Shown: positions 29,297 to 39,136, numbered from the stretch's first letter. The stretch is 64,000 nt of DNA from Candidatus Latescibacterota bacterium (GCA_965261395.1 OZ253462.1:608001-672000), one strand, 5' to 3'. Program-made: numbers and translations. Notes: generated by a model not told the origin, from the letters alone.

Positions 29297-30610
29297 GTGA
29301 ACCAACCCACATCCATCGCCCCGGCCACGGGCAAACTCGGCGTCCTAATCCCCGGCATGGGCGCTGTGGCCACCACGGTTATCGCCGGCGTCGAAGCCAT
29401 CAAAGCCGGCATCGGCCAGCCCATCGGCTCGCTGACCCAGATGGGCACCATCCGCCTAGGCAAGCGCACCGAAGGACGCTCGCCGCTCATCAAGGACTTC
29501 GTGCCTCTGGCCGGCATCGACAGTCTGGTCTTCGGCGGCTGGGATGTCTTTCCAGAAGACGCCTATGACTCCGCCGTTCACGCCGGTGTCTTGGACAACA
29601 AGCTGCTCGACCAGCTAGCGGACCCGCTCAAGGCCGTCAAGCCGATGCCCGCAGTTTTCGACCGCAACTACGTGCGCCGCCTCGAAGGCTCTAACGTCAA
29701 AAGCGCCAAGAGCAAGTGGGATGCCGTGCTGGAAGTGCGCGAAGACATCCAGCGCTTCAAGGCCGACAACCGCGTCGAGCGGCTGGTGATGATCTGGTGC
29801 GGCAGCACCGAGATTTTCATGGAGCACCACGAAGTACACAACGATATTGAGAGCCTCGAAAAAGCCATCCGGGAAAACCACCCGGCCATTCCCCCGAGCA
29901 TGATCTACGCCTACGCCGCGCTACAGGAAGGCGTGCCCTTTCTAAACGGCGCGCCGAACTTGACTGTGGACGTCCCGGCCATGGTCGAACTGGCGCGGCA
30001 AAAGGGCGTGCCCATCGGCGGCAAGGATTTCAAGACCGGCCAGACCCTGATGAAGACCCTGATAGCTCCTGGCCTCAAGGCGCGGATGCTCGGCGTGCGG
30101 GGCTGGTTTTCGACCAACATCTTGGGCAATCGCGACGGCGAGGTGCTCGACGATCCCGATTCGTTCAAGACCAAGGAAGTCAGCAAGCTCGACGTGCTGG
30201 AGTTCATCTTGCAGCCCGATCTCTACCCCGAGCTCTACGGCGATATTTACCACAAAGTGCGGATCAACTACTATCCTCCGCGCGGCGACGAGAAGGAGGG
30301 CTGGGACAACATCGACATCTTCGGCTGGCTGGGAATGCCCATGCAGATCAAGATCGATTTCCTCTGCCGCGATTCGATTCTCGCCGCGCCGCTGGTCTTG
30401 GACTTGGTGCTGTTTACTGACTTGGCGCAGCGAGCGAATATGGCGGGGATCCAAGAGTGGCTGTCGTTTTACTTCAAAAGCCCGATGACCGCGCCCGACC
30501 TCTACCCCGAGCACGACCTCTTTATCCAGCTAATGAAGCTAAAGAACACGCTGCGCTTCCTGCAGGACGAAGACCTGATTACCCACTTGGGGCACGAGTA
30601 CTACGACTAG
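29297..30610 (+). CDS. ino1: myo-inositol-1-phosphate synthase
   Basis: GGWD, WCGSTE, FLNGAP, GKDFKTGQT, NILGNRDG, CRDSILAAPLVLDL. Confidence 0.95.
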   Translation: MNQPTSIAPATGKLGVLIPGMGAVATTVIAGVEAIKAGIGQPIGSLTQMGTIRLGKRTEGRSPLIKDFVPLAGIDSLVFGGWDVFPEDAYDSAVHAGVLDNKLLDQLADPLKAVKPMPAVFDRNYVRRLEGSNVKSAKSKWDAVLEVREDIQRFKADNRVERLVMIWCGSTEIFMEHHEVHNDIESLEKAIRENHPAIPPSMIYAYAALQEGVPFLNGAPNLTVDVPAMVELARQKGVPIGGKDFKTGQTLMKTLIAPGLKARMLGVRGWFSTNILGNRDGEVLDDPDSFKTKEVSKLDVLEFILQPDLYPELYGDIYHKVRINYYPPRGDEKEGWDNIDIFGWLGMPMQIKIDFLCRDSILAAPLVLDLVLFTDLAQRANMAGIQEWLSFYFKSPMTAPDLYPEHDLFIQLMKLKNTLRFLQDEDLITHLGHEYYD

Positions 30611-30612
30611 TC

Positions 30613-31380
30613 TCACCAAAGCGTGTACCCACCATCGACGACCAAGTCGTGACCAGTCGCGTAGGCCGAAGCGTCCGAAGCGAGAAAAACGACGGCACCC
30701 TGATAGTCGGTTGGGACGCCCAAGCGGCCCATCGGGGTGTTGGCTAGCCAAGCGTTTCTCGTCTCGTCTTCGGCGTGGGCGGTCATGGGGGTGAGCGTGT
30801 GGCCGGGGCTGATGGAATTGACGCGGACGCCACGCGCGGCCCATTCTGCGGCGCATACTCTAGTTAGCTGGTAGGCACCTGCCTTGGCGGCGTTGTAATG
30901 GCCGTGCTGTTGGGGGCGGTTGACGGTGTGGGACGAGATCGAGACGACGTTGATGATCGAGCCGGAGCCTCGTTGCAGCATGGCGCGGCCCTCGGCCTGG
31001 CAGCAGAGGAAAACGGCCTTGAGGTCGAGGTCGAGGACCCGGTCCCAATCGGCCTCGCTGATGTCCTCAATGGGGCCGCGCAAGGCAATGCCGGCGCTAT
31101 TGACGCCGATGTCCAGCCGACCCCAATCGGCGAGGACGCTATCGATCATATTTTCGACTTGGTCCTTGGCGGTGACATCCGCAGCGATGGCTAGGGTCTG
31201 GCGACCGAGATTCTCAATTCGGGCACAGGTATCGGCGGCACCAGCGGCGTTGATGTCGGCGAGGGCCACATCCGCACCGGCCTCGGCGAGGGCAACGGCG
31301 AGAGCCTGCCCAATGCCAGAGCCACCGCCGGTGACCAGTGCCTTGCGGTCGAGGAGGGAGAAGCGGTCGAGGATGCCCAT
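30613..31380 (-). CDS. SDR oxidoreductase (sorbose/sorbitol reductase-like)
   Basis: TGGGSGIG, HYNAAKAG, NSISPG, VDGGYTLW. Confidence 0.9.
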   Translation of the reverse strand: MGILDRFSLLDRKALVTGGGSGIGQALAVALAEAGADVALADINAAGAADTCARIENLGRQTLAIAADVTAKDQVENMIDSVLADWGRLDIGVNSAGIALRGPIEDISEADWDRVLDLDLKAVFLCCQAEGRAMLQRGSGSIINVVSISSHTVNRPQQHGHYNAAKAGAYQLTRVCAAEWAARGVRVNSISPGHTLTPMTAHAEDETRNAWLANTPMGRLGVPTDYQGAVVFLASDASAYATGHDLVVDGGYTLW

Positions 31381-31418
31381 TTGCTCTTTATCGATCCGTG
31401 GACGAGAAAGGCGCGTCG

Positions 31419-32555
31419 CTACAAAGCTGAAGGAGTGAGCCTCATCCCCGAGTGCTTTTCAATCCCTTCGTCATTCCATTCAACACCCAAGCCAGGCTGG
31501 TCGGAGATGGTTAGGAAGCCTTCTTCGTCGAGGGAAAAGGGCGCGCTGATGAGGTCCTCAATATAGGGGGACGGGGTGATGTATTCTACCCAACGGGCGG
31601 TCGGCACGGCCGCTACTAGCTGCAGGTCGGCCGCCAGTCCGACGGCAGTGTTCCAGCCGTGCGGAACGAAGAGCACCGAGTGGTCGTAGGCGTACATCGC
31701 GATGCGGAACTCCTCGGTGAGGCCGCCGACCTTGGTGACGTCGGGTTGGATGTAGTCAACCGCTCGGCGCTCGATCCAGGGGAGGAAGGACTGCCGGCGC
31801 GTCAACACCTCGCAGCCCGTAATCGGCAAGGGAGCGTGCTCGGTGAGTTTGATGTACCCTTCGATATCGTCGGGACGCAGGGCTTCCTCGAACCAAGCGA
31901 CACCATAGCTGGCGAGCATGCGGGCGGTTTCGATCGCCCATTTGTAGCCGTGCGGCCAGTACTGATCGGAGCCCCCCGCATCGACCATCAGCTCGACATC
32001 CGGGCCGACGGTCTCGCGGGCGGTTCTGACGATGTTTTCGTCGAGCGTTTTCGACACGCGACCAAAGGGTCCCCAGCCCATCTTGATCGCGCGGAATCCC
32101 CTGCCTATCGCGGCTTGGAGCCTCGGCTTCAGTTCGTCCGGCGCGGCCATGATGAGCGAGCCATACGGCTTGATGCGCTCCCGGTAGCGCCCGCCCAACA
32201 GGCGCGAAATGGGCTGGGCAGTGACCTTGCCAAAGAGGTCCCACAAGGCAATGTCGATGCCGGAAATAGCGTGGGTGACGGCACCGCCCCGGCCCTGCCA
32301 GAAGGTGGCCTGATGCAGCTTCTCAGCGACCCGCGCCGGCTCGATGGACTCGCCAATCAGCATGGGGCGCAGCAGCGCGAGCGACCCAGACACTAGGCGG
32401 GCAGAGGTAAAGACGGACCCCAGACCAGTCACCCCCTCGTCGGTGATGACCTCCAAGAGAGTATGTAGGTTATCGCCGGGATCGTACCCCTGCTCCCATC
32501 CACCGTCGGGCGTGGCTCCCACAAGCGGTATTGTGCGAATGTCTGCTATCTTCAT
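31419..32555 (-). CDS. Mandelate racemase/muconate lactonizing enzyme family
   Basis: SGIDIALWDL, LMVDAG, WFEEAL, GCE, QPDVTKVGG. Confidence 0.9.
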   Translation of the reverse strand: MKIADIRTIPLVGATPDGGWEQGYDPGDNLHTLLEVITDEGVTGLGSVFTSARLVSGSLALLRPMLIGESIEPARVAEKLHQATFWQGRGGAVTHAISGIDIALWDLFGKVTAQPISRLLGGRYRERIKPYGSLIMAAPDELKPRLQAAIGRGFRAIKMGWGPFGRVSKTLDENIVRTARETVGPDVELMVDAGGSDQYWPHGYKWAIETARMLASYGVAWFEEALRPDDIEGYIKLTEHAPLPITGCEVLTRRQSFLPWIERRAVDYIQPDVTKVGGLTEEFRIAMYAYDHSVLFVPHGWNTAVGLAADLQLVAAVPTARWVEYITPSPYIEDLISAPFSLDEEGFLTISDQPGLGVEWNDEGIEKHSGMRLTPSAL

Positions 32556-32968
32556 CGCTGGACAAGTTCGATGAGGATCCCGTCGGGGTCCAGGGTACAG
32601 ACGACGCCCGGAGTATCTGGGGCGACCATAGGCTCGGACAGAAATTCCACGCCTTTCGCCTGCAATGCGGCGCACTCCGCCTCCACGTCGGCGACGAAGA
32701 AGGTGAGCCAGCGCACCCCAGCGGCAAATTGGGAAGTTCGCGGCGGCGGCGGCGCGGCGATCTCCATCAGCTTGATCAGCGTCTCTCCCGCTTGCAGGCG
32801 TACCTGTCTGAAGCCTTGCGGCGCCAGCCCGATCCCCGTCGCTAGGTCTTCGGGGATGTCAATGTCGAGCACCACCTCGAATCCCAATGTATCCCGATAG
32901 AACTTCAACGATTCTTCAAAATTGCTGCACACTATGCACAGGTCAACGACCGGATGTGAGAGCTTCAT
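32552..32968 (-). CDS. VOC/glyoxalase family protein
   Basis: FYRDTLGF, DPDGILIELVQ; AGGAGG RBS. Confidence 0.85.
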   Translation of the reverse strand: MKLSHPVVDLCIVCSNFEESLKFYRDTLGFEVVLDIDIPEDLATGIGLAPQGFRQVRLQAGETLIKLMEIAAPPPPRTSQFAAGVRWLTFFVADVEAECAALQAKGVEFLSEPMVAPDTPGVVCTLDPDGILIELVQR

Positions 32969-33115
32969 TTACCACCTCCTTGGGAATGGGAGTCAATCTA
33001 CGCAGAATCGAGATGGATGTGAACACCACCGGAGCAATCGAGCGAGGAGGAGACGTCGCGGCAACTCTCGGGCTAGGTGCCAAGGCCAGCGGCCGACAAC
33101 TCGCGTGCGACCGGC

Positions 33116-33153
33116 GTCATTTTCCCGGCGGTGCTGGGACCGCCGGGAATGAC
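33116..33153. repeat. REP-like palindrome
   Basis: GTCATT(TT)CCCGGCGGT-GCTGGG-ACCGCCGGGAATGAC, a 15-bp stem with a 2-nt bulge in an intergenic region. Confidence 0.55.
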
Positions 33154-33220
33154 CGCTACGGAAAAAGGGGGTTTACCGCAGGTCCTTAGGTTTTCCATCT
33201 CGTTTTCTGCCTGTTGGGAA

Positions 33221-33523
33221 TTAGTCTTCCCACGCGCAGAAGCCCCCGTCCATGCTGTAGACATCCTCGAAGCCGTTTTCTTGGAAGTAGGCGGCCCCGC
33301 TCTGGCTCGTTATGCCGTGGTAGCAATAGACGATATGGGTCTGGGTCTTGTCGGCCGCGGCGAGGAAGGTGCCGACATTGCTGTCGTTGAGCTGAACAGC
33401 GCCGGGGATATGGGCCTCCTGGTATGAATCGGGGTCGCGGACGTCGATGAAGACGGCTGTGTTCTGTGCGAGTTTTTCCTTGGCGTCGGCGATCGAAATG
33501 GCCTTGATCGTGATTTCTCCCAT
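33221..33523 (-). CDS. glpE: Thiosulfate sulfurtransferase (single-domain rhodanese)
   Basis: IDVRD, HIPGA, YCYHGITSQ active-site loop, SMDGGF. Confidence 0.88.
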   Translation of the reverse strand: MGEITIKAISIADAKEKLAQNTAVFIDVRDPDSYQEAHIPGAVQLNDSNVGTFLAAADKTQTHIVYCYHGITSQSGAAYFQENGFEDVYSMDGGFCAWED

Positions 33524-33534
33524 AAGTCCTCTCT

Positions 33535-33949
33535 TTATAGTAAAGGCAGGTCGTCGATGCCAGCTTGTCGCTCGGTAGGTTGGAACTCGACCTGTTGGTA
33601 AAGCCTTGCCGCGTCCGAGCCTTCGTCGGCGACGAGGACCAGTTTTTGTGCATCCATATGCTCGAAGGCGTAATGCGACGCTTGATAGACGAGGCTGCGA
33701 CAGACCCCGCGGCGGCGGAATGCCGGGTAGGTCTCGACTTCCTGGAAGCGGCCGATCCGGTCTTTGACGAAAAGCCCTAAGTCGCCAGCCAACTGGCCTT
33801 CGGCAAACGCTCCGAACCACGCGCCGAAGCCCGCTTCGGTCAGCGCGCGCAATCGCGCCAGCCGGGTCTGCGAAATATCGTGGTTATGTCCGACCTCCCG
33901 CCAATCAAAGGAACAGGTCAGTCTGACACGCGAGCGATTGTACGCGCAT
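33535..33949 (-). pseudogene. GNAT acetyltransferase pseudogene (internal deletion/frameshift)
   Basis: ATG 33949 reads MRVQSLACQTDLFL then TGA; the C-terminal GNAT part (VETYPAFRRRG...ARLYQQVEF) lies in another frame. Confidence 0.65.
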
Positions 33950-33983
33950 GTTCTATCCCCTTAGCTACTGAGCTTGAAGTGAA

Positions 33984-34766
33984 TTAGCGCTCGATTGACC
34001 GCACGTCGTCGAACATGCCCTTGACCTTGACGTAGAGCAGGTTGAAGTCGCCGCCGAGCGAGATCCACTGTAGCCCGAGACCGAGCCAGTGGGTTACGGC
34101 CTCGCGGTCGTAGCCCATCGAGATGCCGATCGTCTTGTCGGTCAGACGGGTTTTGCGGATGACTTCCTCGGTGACTTCGATGACTTTGCGGTCGGTGACC
34201 TGGCCGGAAAGGCCCATCGAGCCGGCGAGGTCGTTGAAGCCGACGCATAGCCCGTCGAGACCCTCTACGGTGAGGATCTCGTCGAGGGCGTTGACCGCGT
34301 CGATATGCTCGATCTGCACGATGACCATGATCTGCTCGTCGGCGTCGACGAGGTATTCGGGATAGGGCTGGCCACCGAACCGGCGGCCCCGACGTGGGCC
34401 GAAGCCGCGGATGCCGACGGGCGGATATTTGCAGGCGGCGACGACTCGCTCGACATCGGCGACAGTCTGTATTTGAGGCGCGATAATGGCGGCGGGGTGG
34501 AGTTCGAGGATGGGTTTGATGATAATAGGGTCGCCGGCGGGTACGCGGATAAAGGGCGCGGTGCCGGTGCCGCGCACGGCCATTACATGGCCCAAGGCGG
34601 TGGCGATGTCGATAGGGCAGTGCTCCATGTCGATCCAAGTGAAATCGTAACCGGCGTCGCCGATGAGCTCGCTGATGGCGGGGTCGGTGAAGGTGATCGA
34701 GGTGCCGACGCAGAGCTCGCCGCGGGCGATTTTGGCTTTGAAGCGATCGACATTGTTGATGGTCAT
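33984..34766 (-). CDS. HpcH/HpaI aldolase family
   Basis: WIDMEH, YPPVGIRG, VQIE, VGFNDL. Confidence 0.9.
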   Translation of the reverse strand: MTINNVDRFKAKIARGELCVGTSITFTDPAISELIGDAGYDFTWIDMEHCPIDIATALGHVMAVRGTGTAPFIRVPAGDPIIIKPILELHPAAIIAPQIQTVADVERVVAACKYPPVGIRGFGPRRGRRFGGQPYPEYLVDADEQIMVIVQIEHIDAVNALDEILTVEGLDGLCVGFNDLAGSMGLSGQVTDRKVIEVTEEVIRKTRLTDKTIGISMGYDREAVTHWLGLGLQWISLGGDFNLLYVKVKGMFDDVRSIER

Positions 34767-34866
34767 GGGCGGTTTCCTTTTCGATTGGAAGGGATGCCCT
34801 CGATGGCTATACTTGGGGAATCATCCCGAAACAAACGCGCAAGGCGCTTGGAAGCGCCGAAATCCA

Positions 34867-35306
34867 AGTAGCCTTCGTTTTTGATTCGATCGCCCAAGGG
34901 CAAGAAAATATCGCCAGCGACCTGGATATCGGCGGCGCGGCGGGCTAGCCTCTTTCTGCCACGTGCAAACTGGAGCTGATGGACGTGTTGGCCTTGGCTT
35001 TCGGTCGCTCAATCGACTTGATCGACTTGCGGCATGCGTCGATATCGCCGCGCATCTGGTCGCTGACTCCGAAGTGCCTCCTCCCGCAACCATGGCCGCT
35101 GGCTTCGCCGCGTTGCATTCGCTCGGCACCTTGTCCGAGCAGTTGTCCGAGCGCATGCAGAAGGCTGTTGGTTTCCGCAATGTAGCGGTTCATTCCTACC
35201 GGGAAGTCGACTGGGAGACCGTCTAGATAATTATCACCACTCTCTTAGGTGATTTCTCCGCCTTTGCAGGTCGCGTCGACGACCTGTTGTCAGCCGTCGA
35301 AAACTA
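34867..35306 (+). pseudogene. Decayed MNT-HEPN (MntA/HepT-type) toxin-antitoxin pair
   Basis: VAFVFDSIAQG...SDLDIG*...FGRSIDLIDL (nucleotidyltransferase, in-frame TAG) joined out of frame to ACVDIAAHLV...GFRNVAVHSYREVDWETV* (HEPN RX4HXY motif). Confidence 0.75.
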
Positions 35307-36068
35307 ATTCACGTCCACATCGAGGATATAGCGCGCCCCTGGCGAGATGCGCTTCCAAGTCTCGTAGCGCAGATACTCGCGCTGGTTGAGCTGCTGGCCG
35401 TGCTCGCGGGCGGTGAAGTAGCAGTGCATGGCGCGGCGCGGCAAATCCTTGCTCTGGTTGCGGGTGCCGCCGTGCCACGTGTGGCTGTTGAAGACGGCGA
35501 CCGTGCCGGCCGGGGCGATGAGCAGCTCTTCATCGGGGTGGGATGCTTGCGCGTCTGTTAGGACTTTGCTCGGGTGCTGGCCCTTATGCGAGCCGGGCAC
35601 CAGCCGAGTGCAGCCATTTTCCTCGCTGAAGTCGTCCAGCAGCCAGACCGAATTGCAGACGTGAAACTGGCCGTCGTAGTCTGCTCCCCAGTCGGCGTGC
35701 AGCCCCTGTAACCCCTCGCCGGGCAGGGCGTCGCGGGCATTGAGCGAGGACAGCTTGAAGGGGCGGCTAATGACGTGGTGGACGGCGGCCAGCACTTTAG
35801 GGTGAGTATAGACGAGGTCGAACATCGGCCCCTTGTTGCAGAGGTCGGAGAGGCGGCGAGTGCCCTGCTCCTGATGGACTTCAATACCGGCGTGGACCCC
35901 TTCTTTCTCGCATAGCTCCTCGAAGCGGTCGCGCAGTGCCGCGAGCCACTCGTCGTCGATAATGCCCGGAAGCACTGCGTAGCCCTTCTCGTCGAGGTCG
36001 TTTCTGTTCTGCTCGGTCAGCAGATCGTCGCGGGCGCCCAATGCATCCAATGCGCGTGTGATATCCAT
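35304..36068 (-). CDS. Phytanoyl-CoA dioxygenase (PhyH) family
   Basis: LHAD...WHGG...R Fe/2OG motif, LVPGSH. Confidence 0.9.
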   Translation of the reverse strand: MDITRALDALGARDDLLTEQNRNDLDEKGYAVLPGIIDDEWLAALRDRFEELCEKEGVHAGIEVHQEQGTRRLSDLCNKGPMFDLVYTHPKVLAAVHHVISRPFKLSSLNARDALPGEGLQGLHADWGADYDGQFHVCNSVWLLDDFSEENGCTRLVPGSHKGQHPSKVLTDAQASHPDEELLIAPAGTVAVFNSHTWHGGTRNQSKDLPRRAMHCYFTAREHGQQLNQREYLRYETWKRISPGARYILDVDVN

Positions 36069-36077
36069 GTGTGCCCT

Positions 36078-36911
36078 CTATTGGTTCGCTGCCGTTTCGA
36101 CGAGCGCCTTGAGCGGCACGTCTTCGTCCCGGGGCAAGTAGTAGCTCAAGGGATCTCCGACGACGCCAATGAGCTGTTTTTGGATCGGATTGCAGCGGGC
36201 GACGAGTTCGTCGGGCATGGCAATATAGTCCATGGGTTTGACCCAGCGATAACCATAGCCAAAGAACGCGGTCTTGCGCGGGAAGCCCGCCCAGTTGTGG
36301 CCGATGGAATGATAGGTGCGCTGCTCAAATAGGAAGGCCGAGCCGGCGCGAATATTCATCGCCTGTGCGCCGTATGGCAGACCAGTCGTGGGGTCCGTGG
36401 CCGGGCGTCCGAGCAAGCGGTTGGACCCAGGCACGATCCAAGTGGCCCCCGAAGCCGGAGCGGTCTGGTCGCTGAGGGCATAGGCGATCTTGAGCAAAAT
36501 CCGCGGGTGTGGCTCGCTCATCTCACGGGGCGAGGTGCCGCCATCGCGATGCCAGCCGAGCTTGTTTTTCTCGCCTTCAGCCGGCTCGTCGCCCGAAGGC
36601 AGGACGATCAAGTGCGAGGTCAGCATCTGGATATTCCAGCCGAGGAGCTGCCAAGCCAGCGGGACCGTGGTGGGCCAGTCGAGGAGTTGGAGGAAGGCGG
36701 GGTGCTCGACAATGCAGTTGCGCATGTTGAGCTTACCGCCCTTTTCGAGCCGGTCGGCGTCGGCGTCGCGTGCGTAGAGCTCGTCGGTGGCCGCGTTGAG
36801 TTCGGCGAGTGTGTCGGGAGGCAGGGCATCTTCGACGAGGAGATAGCCCTGCTGTTCGAAAAATGCTTGACCTTCGGGGGAGAGGACGGCTTGGGCGAGG
36901 GGCTGGGTCAT
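36078..36911 (-). CDS. PhyH-family dioxygenase
   Basis: WHRDG, IVPGSN, TYH...R. Confidence 0.88.
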   Translation of the reverse strand: MTQPLAQAVLSPEGQAFFEQQGYLLVEDALPPDTLAELNAATDELYARDADADRLEKGGKLNMRNCIVEHPAFLQLLDWPTTVPLAWQLLGWNIQMLTSHLIVLPSGDEPAEGEKNKLGWHRDGGTSPREMSEPHPRILLKIAYALSDQTAPASGATWIVPGSNRLLGRPATDPTTGLPYGAQAMNIRAGSAFLFEQRTYHSIGHNWAGFPRKTAFFGYGYRWVKPMDYIAMPDELVARCNPIQKQLIGVVGDPLSYYLPRDEDVPLKALVETAANQ

Positions 36912-36987
36912 GGCGTACATGTCTCCCAATGTAGATACTAATTACTACGGACGGCAAGCTCTCGGTCTAGTCGTGTTATCACGTCGG

Positions 36988-37022
36988 GCAGACTTGAGAT
37001 TGTCTGCTTGGGCGGGTATAAT
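36988..37022 (+). promoter_or_regulatory. Sigma70 promoter with an inverted-repeat operator around the -35 box
   Basis: TTGAGA(36994)-17 nt-TATAAT(37017); GCAGAC-8 nt-GTCTGC brackets the -35. Confidence 0.7.
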
Positions 37023-37050
37023 ATCCAGTATCCAGTGCACAAAGATGAAG

Positions 37051-37281
37051 ATGAAAGAGAAACCATCAGAATCTCGATTTGCTCTGTGTATCGAGAACAG
37101 CGAGTGCGAAGATTTGGAGAAGCGAAAAATCTACCAGATTCTGCCTGACGCAGAAGCGGCCCGAGAGGGGTACTTGAGGGTCGTAGATGAATCAAGAGAA
37201 GACTACTTATATCCCGCAGCTTATTTCATCCTCGTCGAACTGCCTCGTAGAGCCAAAGAAGCACTGGTGGTGACAACCTGA
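37051..37281 (+). CDS. Small hypothetical protein (TA-associated type)
   Basis: FALCIENSECEDLEKRKIYQILPD...LRVVDESREDYLYPA; first gene after the promoter. Confidence 0.6.
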   Translation: MKEKPSESRFALCIENSECEDLEKRKIYQILPDAEAAREGYLRVVDESREDYLYPAAYFILVELPRRAKEALVVTT

Positions 37282-37311
37282 ATTAAGACAGAAAACTGAG
37301 TGAGGTCCCAC

Positions 37312-37542
37312 ATGGAAATCTCTTTAGACCTGCCTGACACGGCTGCGCTTCTTCAGCTTGACCAAACATATCTCAAGGAAGCATTGGTGGTAACACTCTA
37401 CCATGTGGGAAAACTCTCCGAGAAAGAAGCGTGCCTCACGCTCGGGATCTCTCGTCGTGCGTTCGAGGAATTGCTGCCAGGGTTCGGGTTTTCCATCTTG
37501 GCGGATACGCAGGAGACTATTGATGTAGAACTGCGTGCATGA
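37312..37542 (+). CDS. UPF0175-family antitoxin
   Basis: LYHVGKLSEKEACLTLGISRRAFEELL HTH pattern; upstream of a DUF3368 remnant. Confidence 0.8.
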   Translation: MEISLDLPDTAALLQLDQTYLKEALVVTLYHVGKLSEKEACLTLGISRRAFEELLPGFGFSILADTQETIDVELRA

Positions 37543-37549
37543 GGGAACT

Positions 37550-37886
37550 GTGCAGCAGATTGTGAGCAATACTCATTGAGGTTCGTCCCGCATCACAAAC
37601 TCCCCTTATTCCAGGAGCAGAAAGGTTACACGATGGAGAGATACAAGCGATACAACTTGCGCTTGAATTACAGTTGCCTCTCCTCATTGAGGAAACGGTC
37701 GGACGCCGTGTTGCACAGAGTATGGGGATACATGTCTCAGGCATTGCAGGGCAGATTATCATGGCGTTTCGGCAGAATGGCATTTCAGCAACAGACGCGC
37801 ACGATAAACTCAATGAGTTATTCCGCGCAGGACGCATTAACCAGAAAATCTATGACTCGCTTCTCGACGCAATATCCACGGCCTAA
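37550..37886 (+). pseudogene. DUF3368 PIN-domain toxin pseudogene
   Basis: GTG start with GAGGGA RBS gives MQQIVSNTH*; C-terminal half LHDGEIQAIQLALELQLPLLIEETVGRRVAQ...GIAG is in another frame; the middle is missing. Confidence 0.75.
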
Positions 37887-37915
37887 CTGTGGCGTACAGG
37901 GAGAGGAGCCGTAGG

Positions 37916-39136
37916 ATGTCCATGCCCGCACTCGACGGCATCCGCGTCCTCGACTTTACCCAAGTGATTTTTGGCCCAGCCGCCACCCAGGTTCTGGCCG
38001 ACCACGGTGCCGAAGTCGTCAAGATAGAGCGCCCCGGTGGCGACCTAGCTCGCGCCTTTGGGCCGTGGATAAAGGAGCAAAGCCTGCCTTTTGCCAGCTT
38101 CAACCGCTCCAAGAAAAGCCTAATCGTCGATCTCAAGAAGTCCGCCGGGCTGCAGATCGTCCATCGCCTGCTAGAAAACGCGGACGTGCTGGTGCACAAC
38201 TTCCGCTCCGGTGCCGTCATGGCCAAACTAGGGCTGGATTACGCTGCGCTACGGGAGCCATACCCGAGGCTCATCTACGCCGTTGGCTCGGGCTATGGCT
38301 CGCAAGGCCCGTACAGCGAGCGCAACAAGGGCGGCCACGAGTCCATGGCTCAGGCGCTGAGCGGCGTGGCGGCCCGCTTCGTTGGCCCCCACGGCACGCC
38401 CCAACGCCTGCCCTATACGGTCGCCGACTTCAACGGCGGCATGTTGCTGGCGCAGGGCATTCTCCTCGCGCTTTTGGCCCGCGAGCGCACCGGTACTGGG
38501 CAATATGTGGAAACCTCGCTCCTCGACGGCATGGTCAGTATGCAGGCTTGGGCGACGACCAAAATCCTCAACTTGGGTGACGACGGAGAAGACGATGGCT
38601 CGGGAGGGGCGACTCATCCGCGCGGCAACCCGCTCGACGGAGCCGTGTTCAAAACGGCCGATGGCTTCTTGATGGTCACTGCGCTTTTCCGCCCCTTTGA
38701 CCAACTATTGCGCGATCTGCAAGAGGCCCTAGCCATCGAAGGACTCGTCGGGGACCCGCGCTTTGCCACGCTCGCCGCAGCCGTGGATCACCGCGAGGCC
38801 CTGCGGGAACGGCTGGTGCCGGTCTTTGCTGAAAAAACGAACGCCGAGTGGATTCCGCTATTGGAGGCCAAGGACATCCTCGTGGCACCGGTGCGCTCGA
38901 CAGCCGAGGCCCTAGCAGACCCTCAGCTCGCCGTCAACGAAATGCTAGTCGAAGTCCAGCATCCGCAGGTGGGTGCTATGCGCCACGTCGGTACCCCCCT
39001 GCGGCTAGCGGGGACACCAGCCCCAGCACCGACACCCGCCCCCCTAGCCGGGGAACACACCGAGGCTGTGCTGCGCGAGGCCGGGTACGCGGAAGCCGAG
39101 ATCGCCGCGTTGCGCGCACAGGACGTCATTCTCTGA
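37916..39136 (+). CDS. CaiB/BaiF family III CoA-transferase
   Basis: LDGIRVLDFTQ, GAEVVKIE, NRSKKS, ADFNGG, PLAGEHT. Confidence 0.92.
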   Translation: MSMPALDGIRVLDFTQVIFGPAATQVLADHGAEVVKIERPGGDLARAFGPWIKEQSLPFASFNRSKKSLIVDLKKSAGLQIVHRLLENADVLVHNFRSGAVMAKLGLDYAALREPYPRLIYAVGSGYGSQGPYSERNKGGHESMAQALSGVAARFVGPHGTPQRLPYTVADFNGGMLLAQGILLALLARERTGTGQYVETSLLDGMVSMQAWATTKILNLGDDGEDDGSGGATHPRGNPLDGAVFKTADGFLMVTALFRPFDQLLRDLQEALAIEGLVGDPRFATLAAAVDHREALRERLVPVFAEKTNAEWIPLLEAKDILVAPVRSTAEALADPQLAVNEMLVEVQHPQVGAMRHVGTPLRLAGTPAPAPTPAPLAGEHTEAVLREAGYAEAEIAALRAQDVIL

